The notes beneath the pieces were generated by a model that had not been told where the DNA came from, searched no databases, and saw only the letters and a program-made list of their open reading frames with translations. The translations under genes and the position numbers were made by a program. A stretch of 61,167 bases of DNA from Acidobacteriota bacterium (GTDB lineage: Bacteria > Acidobacteriota > UBA4820 > DSQY01), in contig JAKAKG010000120.1 in NCBI GenBank assembly GCA_021813555.1, positions 1-61,167 of the forward strand, read 5' to 3'. Shown one piece after another: positions 27,704-36,627 of this stretch (position 1 is its first letter; each line of letters opens with the position of its first letter).

Positions 27704-28951
27704 CTACGCTCTTCCCCCGTGCCATGCAGCGAGGGTCCAGATGGCACCGGAGACGGCGACAGCCGCGGGGATGATGAGAACGGCACGGCCTAAGGAGGTG
27801 GCGTCGGAGATGGCGCCGATCAGGGGCGGAGAGGGGACGTCGCCCAGCAGGTGGATGAAGAAAATGCTCACGGCCACCGCTGTGGCGCGCTTGGCGGGGT
27901 CCACGACGTTCACGATGGCGGAGTTGACGGGGCCCGTGGACGCGAACATGAGCAGTTCGGCCACCACGATGGCGGTATAGAAGAGGGCCGGCTTCGGGGA
28001 GACGAGGGCCACGAAGGCGGCGGGCACCGCTAGGAGTGTGGCGATCCCTGAGACCCACAGGTAGGACTCTCGGGAGACTTTCAGGAAATAATCCCCGAGC
28101 CAGCCACCCGCGAAGGTTCCGGTGAATCCCGTGAGCACCACGATGGCGCCGAAGGTCACGGTGGCCTGCTCCCTGGGGATGCCGCGCACGCGCTCCAGGA
28201 ACGCGGGCATCCAAAAGGCCATGCCGCCCAGGGCGAAGGTGTACGCGGCATACCCCAGGACCGTGAGGAGATAGGGAACGTTGTGGGCCAGGTCCCCGTA
28301 CGCAGAGAGCAGCGTCCCTCCCGCGGGCACGCGGGCCGCGGGAGGGCCTTCATCGTGGCTTCCCCGCGGCGGATCCTTCAGGAGAAGGGCCAGCCCCGCC
28401 AGGGCAAGCCCCGGTATCCCCGCCACGAAAAAGGCCGCACGCCAGCCGAAGTGCCGGTCCACTAGGCCGCCCAGGATGTAGCCGAGAGCCGATCCGATGG
28501 GGATGGCGGAGAAAAAGATGGCGAAGACGCGGCCCCGCTGCTCCTTGGGAAAGTAATCGGCGAGCATGGCCGGGGAGATGGTGCCATAGGCCGCCTCACC
28601 CACGCCCACCGTGGCCCGCGCGGCGAAGAGGCTCGTGAATCCGCGCGCCAGGCCGCCCAGGGCCGTGGCCAGGCTCCAGAGGCCGACGCCGAAGGCCACG
28701 ATCCGCGTCCGGTTGCCCCGGTCGCCCAGGGCGCCGAAGATGGGGGAGGTGGCCATGTACACGATCATGAACGCCGTGCCCAGTGCGCCGCACTGGACGT
28801 CGCTGAGGTGCAGTTCCGACGCCTTGAGGCTCTCCACGAGGGCCGAAACCACGAAGCGGTCCAGGTAGTTCAGGAGGTTCATCCCGGTGAGGACCAGGAG
28901 CCCCAGTTTCGCTGAGGAGACCTGGCCTGCCCGCCCGCCGTCCTTCGCCAT
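27704..28951 (-). CDS. MFS transporter (Spinster-like)
   Basis: NLLNYLDR, GALGDRGNR, VGVGEA, GDVPSP; about 12 TM. Confidence 0.92.
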   Translation of the reverse strand: MAKDGGRAGQVSSAKLGLLVLTGMNLLNYLDRFVVSALVESLKASELHLSDVQCGALGTAFMIVYMATSPIFGALGDRGNRTRIVAFGVGLWSLATALGGLARGFTSLFAARATVGVGEAAYGTISPAMLADYFPKEQRGRVFAIFFSAIPIGSALGYILGGLVDRHFGWRAAFFVAGIPGLALAGLALLLKDPPRGSHDEGPPAARVPAGGTLLSAYGDLAHNVPYLLTVLGYAAYTFALGGMAFWMPAFLERVRGIPREQATVTFGAIVVLTGFTGTFAGGWLGDYFLKVSRESYLWVSGIATLLAVPAAFVALVSPKPALFYTAIVVAELLMFASTGPVNSAIVNVVDPAKRATAVAVSIFFIHLLGDVPSPPLIGAISDATSLGRAVLIIPAAVAVSGAIWTLAAWHGGRA

Positions 28952-29001
28952 GCCAGCAGTTGACCACGCCCAGGGCAGGTGCGTCAACGCGAAGGGGGCA
29001 T

Positions 29002-29109
29002 GAAGAGTGAAAAGTGAAAAGTGAAAAGTGAAAAGTGAAAAGCGCTCGTAGAAGATGGTTTGCTCTGCTCCCTGCTCCCTGCTCCCTGCTTCCCGCTCCC
29101 TGCTCCCTG
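29002..29109. repeat. Composite repeat copy B
   Basis: About five GTGAAAA units, gcgctcgtagaagatggtttgctctg, about six CTCCCTG units. Confidence 0.8.
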
Positions 29110-29125
29110 TGGGAGAATACACGCG

Positions 29126-30436
29126 ATGCGAGACGAGGGGATCAGAGGCTTCTTCGACTTCGTGCTCCACTTATTCTTCAGAAAAATAAGGGTGGCGGGC
29201 GCGAACCGGGTGCCGGCGCGGGGTGCTGTGGTTCTTGTGGCCAACCACGAGAACGCCCTCCTGGATCCGCTCCTGCTCCTGGTGGCCTCCGGCCGTCCCG
29301 TGCGGTTTTTGGCCAAGGCGCCCCTCTTTCACCATCCCCTCGTGTCGCCGTTTCTCCGCCTCCTGAAGGCCCTTCCCGTCTACCGCCGGCAGGACGAGGG
29401 GAGCGACATGGCCCGCAATCTAGCCACCTTCGAGGCCTGCGAGCACCTCCTCCTCGAGGGCGAGGCCATGGCCCTTTTTCCCGAGGGCGTGAGCCGGGAC
29501 CAACCTCACCTGGCCCCCTTAAAAACGGGGGCCGCCCGAATTCTGGGGCGGTCCTTCGCGCGGGGCGCCCGGCCGGTTCTGCTCCCCGCGGGACTGCTGT
29601 ATACGGCAAAATCTACCTTCCGCAGCGACGTTGAGGTGCGCTTCGGCATCCCCATTCCTTACCAAGACTTGGCTTGGGGCGACGGGGAGGACCCGGCGGC
29701 CGTGCAGGCCCTCACGGAGCGCATCCGCGACGCCCTGGAGGCCCTCTCGCTCAATGCGGACCGGTGGGAGGACATCCGATTTCTGGAAGGGATCAGGGGG
29801 CTGGCCCTGGAGATGGCGGGAATCTCGGCGGACAACCTGCCCGAAGGGGAGGTGCTGCAGGGCCTGGTGACGCGTTACTACCGGGCCCGCCTGGAGTGTC
29901 CCACCCTCGTGCACGCCCTCGTGGCCAGGGCGAAAGCCTACCTCCGCATGCTCGAACTGCTTGGACTCCGGGACGAGGACGTGGTCCGGGACGTGCCCTT
30001 CGCCGCGGCGCTGGCCTACACGTGGAAGCGGCTGGCCCTCATCGTGGCAGGCTACCCCCCGGCCCTCTATGGATGGCTGTTTAACTTTCTCCCCTACATC
30101 GCGGCGGGGCGCGCGGCCCTCACGGCCGCCAAGGGGCGCGATACGGTGGCCACCTACAAACTCTACGGCGGTGTCGTCATGTTCCCCATGTTCTACGTGG
30201 CCGAGGGCGGGCTTTTATGGAAATTGGCGGGGCCCTGGTGGGCCGCGGCCGGGGTGCTCATGGGCGCGATATGCGGCCTGTGGGCCCTGCGGTATTATGC
30301 CCTCCGGGCCCATTTCGTGCATCTGGCCGCCGCCGCCATCACGTTGCGGACTCAGAGGCACACGGCGGATCGGCTGCGCGGGCTGCGCTCGGAGGTCATG
30401 GAAGCGCTCAGGCCCCTGGTGGAGTTGTACAAATGA
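29126..30436 (+). CDS. Lysophospholipid/glycerol acyltransferase family protein
   Basis: ANHENALLDP, FLAKAPLF, LFPEG, LKTGAARI; C-terminal TM segments. Confidence 0.88.
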   Translation: MRDEGIRGFFDFVLHLFFRKIRVAGANRVPARGAVVLVANHENALLDPLLLLVASGRPVRFLAKAPLFHHPLVSPFLRLLKALPVYRRQDEGSDMARNLATFEACEHLLLEGEAMALFPEGVSRDQPHLAPLKTGAARILGRSFARGARPVLLPAGLLYTAKSTFRSDVEVRFGIPIPYQDLAWGDGEDPAAVQALTERIRDALEALSLNADRWEDIRFLEGIRGLALEMAGISADNLPEGEVLQGLVTRYYRARLECPTLVHALVARAKAYLRMLELLGLRDEDVVRDVPFAAALAYTWKRLALIVAGYPPALYGWLFNFLPYIAAGRAALTAAKGRDTVATYKLYGGVVMFPMFYVAEGGLLWKLAGPWWAAAGVLMGAICGLWALRYYALRAHFVHLAAAAITLRTQRHTADRLRGLRSEVMEALRPLVELYK

Positions 30437-30450
30437 GAATAGAAGCCAGC

Positions 30451-30538
30451 TCGCCACCAAGGCACCAAGACACCAACATGCCAGGAAGATACAGCCAATC
30501 GACTTCTGAAAAGATGAATACCTTGGTGTCTTGGCGGT
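30451..30538. repeat. Inverted CACCAAG / CTTGGTG degenerate repeats (another arm at 13646-13672)
   Basis: gccaccaaggcaccaagacaccaa ... ccttggtgtcttggcgg. Confidence 0.6.
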
Positions 30539-30568
30539 AAGACGTCTCAGGGAGCAGGAGATGATCCG

Positions 30569-31384
30569 ATGACAGTTCCCAGGGCACTCACGATCGCGGG
30601 CTCGGACTGCTCGGGCGGGGCGGGCATCCAGGCGGATCTCAAGACGTTCCACGCCTTCGGCGTGTTCGGCCAGAGCACCGTCACGGCGGTGGTTGCGGAG
30701 AACACGGTCGGTGTGCAGGGCTGGCAGGCCATCGCCCCTGAAACGGTGGCCATGCAGATCGAATCGTGCCTGAGCGACATCGGCACCGACGCGGCCAAGA
30801 CGGGCATGCTCGTGGACGCCGCCACCATCGCCGCCGTGGCCGCCAAACTGAGGGAGCACCGAATCCAGAATCTCGTGGTTGATCCGGTCATGCGCGCCAA
30901 GGGCGGCGATCCCCTCATCGCCCCCGAAGCCGTGGAGACCCTCGTCCGAGAAATCTTCCCCCTGGCCCTCGTGGTGACCCCCAACGTGCCTGAGGCTGAA
31001 GCCCTCGCGGGGTTTTCGCTCCGGAGCGAGACCGATTTCCGCCGCGCCGCGGAGGCCATCGGGCGCATGGGCCCTCGCATCGTGGTGATGAAAGGGGGCC
31101 ACAGTCCCGTGAACCGGGAAGGGGAATCGGCCGACTTCGTCTGGGACGGCAGCGAGTGGTGGACCCTCGCCGGCGCCCGGCACTCAGACCGAAACACCCA
31201 CGGGACGGGGTGCACCTTTTCAGCGGCCCTCTGCGCCCTCCTCGCCAGAGGTGAATCGCCCGAGACGGCCTTGCGGGGCGCCAAGGCCTTCATCACGGAG
31301 GCCATCCGCACGGCGCCGGGCCTCGGGCACGGCCACGGCCCCGTGAACCACTGGGCGGGGGTTCGAGATGAGGGGATGAAGTAA
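30569..31384 (+). CDS. thiD: Hydroxymethylpyrimidine/phosphomethylpyrimidine kinase
   Basis: IAGSDCSGGAGIQADLKT, KTGML, DPVM, TPNVPEA, HGTGCT, GHGPVNH. Confidence 0.96.
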   Translation: MTVPRALTIAGSDCSGGAGIQADLKTFHAFGVFGQSTVTAVVAENTVGVQGWQAIAPETVAMQIESCLSDIGTDAAKTGMLVDAATIAAVAAKLREHRIQNLVVDPVMRAKGGDPLIAPEAVETLVREIFPLALVVTPNVPEAEALAGFSLRSETDFRRAAEAIGRMGPRIVVMKGGHSPVNREGESADFVWDGSEWWTLAGARHSDRNTHGTGCTFSAALCALLARGESPETALRGAKAFITEAIRTAPGLGHGHGPVNHWAGVRDEGMK

Positions 31385-31622
31385 TGGGGAGATGCCGAGA
31401 TGAGGAAATGCCGAGATGAGGAGATGAGGGCGCGTCCTCGTCCTGGCTCCTCCGTCCGGCTGGTCTCCGTCTAGCCGGGTTGTATCCCTGCTCTTGAATC
31501 TCCGCCCCCGCGCCATCTCTCTTTCCTCATCCCCCCATCTCCTCATCTCCTCATCCCCTCATCCCCTCATCTCGGCATCCCCTCATCCCGGCATTCCGTC
31601 ATCCCCTCATCTCCTCATCCCG
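31366..31622. repeat. Long inverted pair of GATGAGGR / YCTCATC octamer arrays
   Basis: About 7 purine units (31366-31430) and about 12 pyrimidine units (31524-31622). Confidence 0.85.
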
Positions 31623-31638
31623 TCTTTCCCACCCCCCC

Positions 31639-31684
31639 TTGACAACCGCCTCCGATGGCATTACTGTACTATTACACTGATACA
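31639..31684 (+). promoter_or_regulatory. Promoter (-35 TTGACA) and YtrA-type GntR operator
   Basis: TTGACA at 31639; imperfect palindrome TGTACTATTACACTGATACA at 31665-31684. Confidence 0.65.
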
Positions 31685-31697
31685 CTAGGAGGCGGCC

Positions 31698-31742
31698 ATG
31701 AGGCTCAGTCGGCGACGGTGGGATGAAGGGGGCGGGCCGTGA
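31698..31742 (+). CDS. Candidate 14-aa leader peptide coupled to the GntR gene
   Basis: AGGAGG then ATG; MRLSRRRWDEGGGP; TGA overlaps the gntR GTG. Confidence 0.45.
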   Translation: MRLSRRRWDEGGGP

Positions 31743-32146
31743 GGCCCCTGTTGCGGGTGGACCCGGCGGATGCGGCTCCCATCTGGAGGCAGATCGAAGA
31801 GGGCGTGCGGCGCCTCGTGGCTTCGGGCCAGATTCGGCCGGGGCAGGGCTTGCCCTCGGTGCGGGACCTGGCGCGCGACCTGCGCGTGAACCCCGCCACC
31901 GTGTCCAAGGCCTACCAGCGTCTCACGGACGGCGGCGTGCTGGAGGTGAAGCGGGGAGAAGGCACCTTCGTCACCCAGGCACCTCCGGCCATGAAGAAGC
32001 CGGAGCGCAGGGACGCCCTCCGCGAGGGGGCGGCCCGCTATGCCAGCCTGGGCGTCACCTTGGGCGCGGCCCTCGACGAGGCGTCGCAGGAACTGGACAA
32101 GGCCTGGGCCCAACTGAGCGGCGCCAGGATGGGGGGACAGCCATGA
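31739..32146 (+). CDS. GntR family regulator (YtrA subfamily)
   Basis: PIWRQI, LPSVRDLA, VNPATVSKAY, RGEGTFV; short C-terminus. Confidence 0.93.
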   Translation: MRPLLRVDPADAAPIWRQIEEGVRRLVASGQIRPGQGLPSVRDLARDLRVNPATVSKAYQRLTDGGVLEVKRGEGTFVTQAPPAMKKPERRDALREGAARYASLGVTLGAALDEASQELDKAWAQLSGARMGGQP

Positions 32147-33075
32147 GCACGCTCAGCAACGGTGCCGCCGTGGCCTTTGAAGGGCTGACGGTGCGCTACG
32201 GGAAAACCACGGCCGTGGACGGCGTATCCCTCCGCGCGTGCAAGGGCGACGTGTACGCCCTGCTGGGCCGGAACGGGTCGGGCAAAACCTCCATGATCCG
32301 GTGCCTGCTGGGCCAGATGAAGGCCAGCGCCGGGTCCGCCGCTCTCTTCGGGCTCGATGCCTGGCAGAAGCGCCAGACGGCCATGAGCAAGGTGGGCGTC
32401 GTCCCCGAAACGCCGGACATGCCCTCCGTCCTCACGGCCCGCGAGATCGTGGCCTTCTGTGCCCGCCTCTACCCGAGCTGGGACGGCAAAAGCGTGGCGG
32501 CGCGGCTGGCGCGCTTTGGCGTTCCCGACAAGGTGCCCTTCGGCCGCCTGTCCCGGGGCCAGAAGAACCAGCTCGCCCTGGCCCTCGCCCTGGGACCCAT
32601 GCCGGAGCTGCTCGTGCTGGACGATCCGACCCTGGGCCTGGACGCGGTGGTCCGAAAGGAGTTCTTCGAGGAGCTGGTGGGCGACCTGGCGGACCGAGGC
32701 ACCACGGTCTTCATTACGACGCACGACCTGCAAGGCATCGAGGGCATCGCCACCCACGCGGGCATCCTCAAGGAGGGGCGCCTGCTTTTGAACGAGGAGA
32801 TGGAATCGCTCAAGGGGAGATTCCGAACGCTGAGCTGGAGCGGGCACGCTTCCCCGCCCTCCCTCGCCGCCCTCTCGCCCCTGAGCGTGCGCCATGACGC
32901 GTGGGGAACCCAGGCCATGGTGGAAGCCTTCGACTATGCCGCCTTCGGGCAGCTCGCGCACGACCTGTCCCCCGCGGAGGCACAGGCCTCCTCCCTATCC
33001 CTGGAAGAACTCTTCATCGCCCTCACGGGCGCCCCCGAGCCGGCCTCGGAGGGCGAGGAAGGAGGCAAGCCATGA
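32143..33075 (+). CDS. ABC transporter ATP-binding protein (YtrB-like)
   Basis: GRNGSGKT, LSRGQ, LVLDDPT, TTH. Confidence 0.92.
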   Translation: MSTLSNGAAVAFEGLTVRYGKTTAVDGVSLRACKGDVYALLGRNGSGKTSMIRCLLGQMKASAGSAALFGLDAWQKRQTAMSKVGVVPETPDMPSVLTAREIVAFCARLYPSWDGKSVAARLARFGVPDKVPFGRLSRGQKNQLALALALGPMPELLVLDDPTLGLDAVVRKEFFEELVGDLADRGTTVFITTHDLQGIEGIATHAGILKEGRLLLNEEMESLKGRFRTLSWSGHASPPSLAALSPLSVRHDAWGTQAMVEAFDYAAFGQLAHDLSPAEAQASSLSLEELFIALTGAPEPASEGEEGGKP

Positions 33076-35036
33076 GCGGGTTCGCTCAGGTGTTCATCCT
33101 CGAAATGCGACTGCGAAAGGCCGTCTTCCCCGCGGCCCTCGTGGCGGGGCTCGTCCCCATACCGCTGGCCTTGCTCATGTGCAACGCGGCCAGTTTTTCA
33201 GAGTCCCTGAACGTGGGGGCCTTCGCCTTCGCCCTCATCGGCGGGGAGCTGCTGGCTCTGTACCTCGGCGCCACGGTTCTGTGCCAGGATCTGAGCGAGG
33301 GGCGGCAGGGCTTCTTCTTCTCCCGTCCCATCTCGGGCTGGGCCCTTTGGGCCGGCAAATTCTCCGCGGCGTGGCTCGTGGTCCTCGGCGCCATGTTCGT
33401 GACCCTCCTTCCCGCGACGCTGCTCGGCGAGGGCTTGGTCAACTTGGAACTCCTCGACAACCCCGCGGGGACCACCAGCCTGGGTGCGAGGTTTCTTTCT
33501 CCCCTTTGGACCCTGGCCTTCGTGGCCGTAGCGATCCTTCTGTTTATGGCCCTCGCGCACGCCTTGAGTGTCATGTTTCGCGCTCGCTCCCCGTGGCTCA
33601 TCCTCGACGCCGTCATGGTGGTTCTCCTGCCCGCGCTGGCCTGGTGGGGATTCAGACGCGTCATGGCGGAGAACCTCCAGTTCATGCTGCTGATCGCCCT
33701 ATTCGTTTGGGGAGGGTCCCTCCTCTTCATCCTCCTTCCCGCCGGAGCCTTGCAGACCGCTCTCGGACGGTGTGACCTGCGCCGCGGGCACAAGGTCCTC
33801 TCCATCACCCTATGGGGCACCGCATCGGCCGCGGTCCTGCTTGTGACCGGCTATATCGTGTGGGCCACGAGCATCGCCCCGTCGGGCCTGAAGAGCATCA
33901 GCTATATTCGTCCCGCGCCCGAGGGTCCCTGGGTCATCGTGGGCGGGCCCGGGCGGGGCCTTGGACCCTATGCGGATGCTACCTTTCTCCTCAATTCCCA
34001 GAGCGGCGCCTGGGCGCGGCTTTCGCTGAACATGTGGGGCGGCGTCCCGCTGTTCTCTCCCGACGGCAAGACGGCGGTGTTCTTTCGGCGGCCCATGAGC
34101 GAGAGCGAGCCCGGCGAGGTCGTGTCCTTCGACCTGACGGCCGCGGGCGATCCAGAGCCCGTGCACCACGGCATCCTTTTCCCGGGCTGGTCGCCTGACC
34201 TGACCTTCTCGCCCGACAGCTCGAAGCTCGCCATCCTCCACGACCTCTCACTGGACGTCTATGACCTCCCGTCTTGGAAACTCGCGGCGGTACGCAAGCT
34301 GGACCTGAAAAACGCGGGAGACCTCGTGTTCGCCGGGGACGACCTGATCCGGATCTACCAGGGTTCCGCCGGCCCGCAAGGGAGCAAGCCCGGCGTGGAG
34401 ACCCTTTCCATCTTCGAATGGGACCTGGGCAAGAAAACCTTCGATGCCACGGGAAAAACGGACGATGTCATGGGCTGGTCCCTGCGGATCAGCCCGGACC
34501 GCACCCGGATGCTTTTGGTTCAAGCGGGGGCTCAAAGCTCCCGTCTCCTGCTATGCGATGCCCGGACGGGGGCGGTGCTCAAGGTACTCTGGCAAGCCGC
34601 CGCCATCAGCAAAGCGGGCGGCGCCTTCCTTCAGGACGGCCGCATCGTGGTCATCGAACGAAAGGGAGACGAGCGAACCCTTCGCGTGTTCACCGCCGCA
34701 GGAGACGAGCAGCACACCGTTCAGTGGAGTCCGGGCACGGATCGCGGTGTTGGGTTCGGCCCCGAGCCGTTACCCGGGAAAGTCCTCCTCTCCTCTTACG
34801 TTCGGAGGAGCGAGTGGATCAAGACAAACGAGATGCATCTGTGGGACGTGGACACGGGCGCCATCACGCTTCTTCCGGGTCTGCACGCGACGTGGAGCGG
34901 CTGGTGGTCCTGGTACAACCGAGATATAGCGGCCTCGCCTGGAAGCCAGGGTGCCGATCTCTTCCTGAACGACAAGGGCCAACTCGTGCGCTACGACTTT
35001 GCGACGGGGCAACAGACGCCGATAAAATTGAAGTAG
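33072..35036 (+). CDS. ABC permease-like membrane protein with a C-terminal TolB/WD40-like beta-propeller
   Basis: About 7 TM, FFFSRPIS, then FSPDGKT, FSPDSSKL and ISPDRTR repeats. Confidence 0.75.
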   Translation: MSGFAQVFILEMRLRKAVFPAALVAGLVPIPLALLMCNAASFSESLNVGAFAFALIGGELLALYLGATVLCQDLSEGRQGFFFSRPISGWALWAGKFSAAWLVVLGAMFVTLLPATLLGEGLVNLELLDNPAGTTSLGARFLSPLWTLAFVAVAILLFMALAHALSVMFRARSPWLILDAVMVVLLPALAWWGFRRVMAENLQFMLLIALFVWGGSLLFILLPAGALQTALGRCDLRRGHKVLSITLWGTASAAVLLVTGYIVWATSIAPSGLKSISYIRPAPEGPWVIVGGPGRGLGPYADATFLLNSQSGAWARLSLNMWGGVPLFSPDGKTAVFFRRPMSESEPGEVVSFDLTAAGDPEPVHHGILFPGWSPDLTFSPDSSKLAILHDLSLDVYDLPSWKLAAVRKLDLKNAGDLVFAGDDLIRIYQGSAGPQGSKPGVETLSIFEWDLGKKTFDATGKTDDVMGWSLRISPDRTRMLLVQAGAQSSRLLLCDARTGAVLKVLWQAAAISKAGGAFLQDGRIVVIERKGDERTLRVFTAAGDEQHTVQWSPGTDRGVGFGPEPLPGKVLLSSYVRRSEWIKTNEMHLWDVDTGAITLLPGLHATWSGWWSWYNRDIAASPGSQGADLFLNDKGQLVRYDFATGQQTPIKLK

Positions 35037-35071
35037 GCTTCAACCCGGTGCTTGCCAGGCAGATCGAGACC

Positions 35072-35099
35072 CGAAGGCCGGGGGCGACCCCGGCCTTCG
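35072..35099. terminator. 12-bp hairpin between convergent genes
   Basis: CGAAGGCCGGGG-GCGA-CCCCGGCCTTCG. Confidence 0.7.
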
Positions 35100-35115
35100 C
35101 TCGTTTGGCAGGCTC

Positions 35116-35268
35116 TCAGACGATCTTGCGCATGATGGGGCGGGTGCGCGACCGCAGCGCCACTTCGGTGAAGCCGGCCTTGAGGAGGGGTTCCAGATCC
35201 TTCCAGCGGTCCGGCGTGAGCGGGGCGAAGGTGCGGCGTGCCGAAGGGGAAGCTCCCTTATCCGCCAC
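35116..35268 (-). pseudogene. Internally deleted GNAT acetyltransferase remnant (50 codons, in frame)
   Basis: Hand translation VADKGASPSARRTFAPLTPDRWKDLEPLLKAGFTEVALRSRTRPIMRKIV joins the typical N-terminal and C-terminal segments of one GNAT family. Confidence 0.55.
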
Positions 35269-35275
35269 GGCGGAC

Positions 35276-35929
35276 TCAGGTGGTGGAGGGTAGGACCGAA
35301 ACCATGATGGCGAAGTAGTGGAAGAGGCTTCCGAAGAGGACGAACACGTGCCAGATGACGTGGCGGTAAGGCTTGAAGTCGCGGAGGTAGAAAACGCAGC
35401 CCAGTGAATAGGCGATGCCGCCCAGGAGGAGGAACAGGAGGCCCAGGTCGGGTACGGTGCGCAGGAGGGGGTGGATGGCGATGACCACGAGCCAGCCCAT
35501 GGCCAGGTAGAGGAGGGTCGAGACGATGGTGAAACGGCCCGCGAAAAAGGCTTTGAACACGATGCCCGCGACGGCGAACCCCCAAACCAGGCCGAAGAGG
35601 GTCCATCCCCACTCGCCGCGCATGTTCACGAGGACGAGGGGCGTGTACGTTCCCGCGATGAGGACGTAGATGGAGGCGTGGTCCAGCGTCTGGAGGATTT
35701 TTCGGGCTTTGGGACCGCGCGAAGCGTGGTAGAGGGTGGAGGCCGAGTAGAGGATGATCAGCGAGGTCCCGTACACGGCGCAGCTCACCACGTGCCAGGC
35801 GGAGCCGTGCAGGGCGGCGAGGGCCACCAGAACCACCATCCCCACGGCGCTCAGGGCGAGCCCGATGCCATGGGTGACGCTGTTGAGGATCTCTTCCAAC
35901 TCCAAGTACCGATGAGAGGATGAGTTCAT
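35276..35929 (-). CDS. Hemolysin III / PAQR family membrane protein
   Basis: EEILNSVTHG, STLYH, DHASIYVLIAGTYTP, HVIWHVFV. Confidence 0.95.
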   Translation of the reverse strand: MNSSSHRYLELEEILNSVTHGIGLALSAVGMVVLVALAALHGSAWHVVSCAVYGTSLIILYSASTLYHASRGPKARKILQTLDHASIYVLIAGTYTPLVLVNMRGEWGWTLFGLVWGFAVAGIVFKAFFAGRFTIVSTLLYLAMGWLVVIAIHPLLRTVPDLGLLFLLLGGIAYSLGCVFYLRDFKPYRHVIWHVFVLFGSLFHYFAIMVSVLPSTT

Positions 35930-36108
35930 GGGTACCCCTTCTCCTGGTGAAACAACCGCACCGGCGAAATAGTGTACACCCGCCAGGCTCGGAGGCGCAC
36001 CCAATCCCGTGATAGGTGAAACGCGATTAGACATGCAACGCGCACTCCTCCTCTGTTTCCACCCGTCTGGCATGCGCCCATCGCGGGATTGGGGAATCAC
36101 CTGCTCGT

Positions 36109-36627
36109 CTACTCACATCTTGCTGCGAGGGTCCCTATGAGACCGGCGAAGGCGGGATAGGTGGCGGCGAGGACACGGGGGTCCCCGGGTTCGTAGTCCT
36201 GAATGTCAAACCCCGGGGCCATGGTGGTGCCCATGAGGGCAAAGCGGCCGCCCGGCTGAAGGCAGCTTCCCTGCCAGACTCCCCCCGGGACCACGTGCTG
36301 GAGCTTCTGGCCCGCGGCCAGATCCGGCCCGAGCAGGAGCGCCTCTCCCGAACCGTCGGGGCTGAGCGTGAGCATCTGCACGGGGTCCCCCAGGTAGAAG
36401 TGGTAAACCTCGTCCCCCGTGAGCTTATGAAGGCGGGAGAAGGTGTCCGCGGTGAGGAGGTAGAACATGGCCGTTCCCGCGGACCGGGAGGCGCCATAGC
36501 CTGCTGGGAGGGCGGCGGGAGGCAGGAGATGGGTGCTCCGGTACGTCTCGGCGTAATAGCCGCCTTCGCCCTGCAGGGGCTTCAAGCCGAGGAGCCGCAT
36601 GACCTCCTTCACGCCGAGCACCGTCAC
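36109..36627 (-). CDS. Cupin_5 (DUF985) family protein
   Basis: EGGYYAETYRS, TAMFYLL, DEVYHFYLG, TMAPGF; GTG overlaps the upstream stop. Confidence 0.9.
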   Translation of the reverse strand: MTVLGVKEVMRLLGLKPLQGEGGYYAETYRSTHLLPPAALPAGYGASRSAGTAMFYLLTADTFSRLHKLTGDEVYHFYLGDPVQMLTLSPDGSGEALLLGPDLAAGQKLQHVVPGGVWQGSCLQPGGRFALMGTTMAPGFDIQDYEPGDPRVLAATYPAFAGLIGTLAARCE

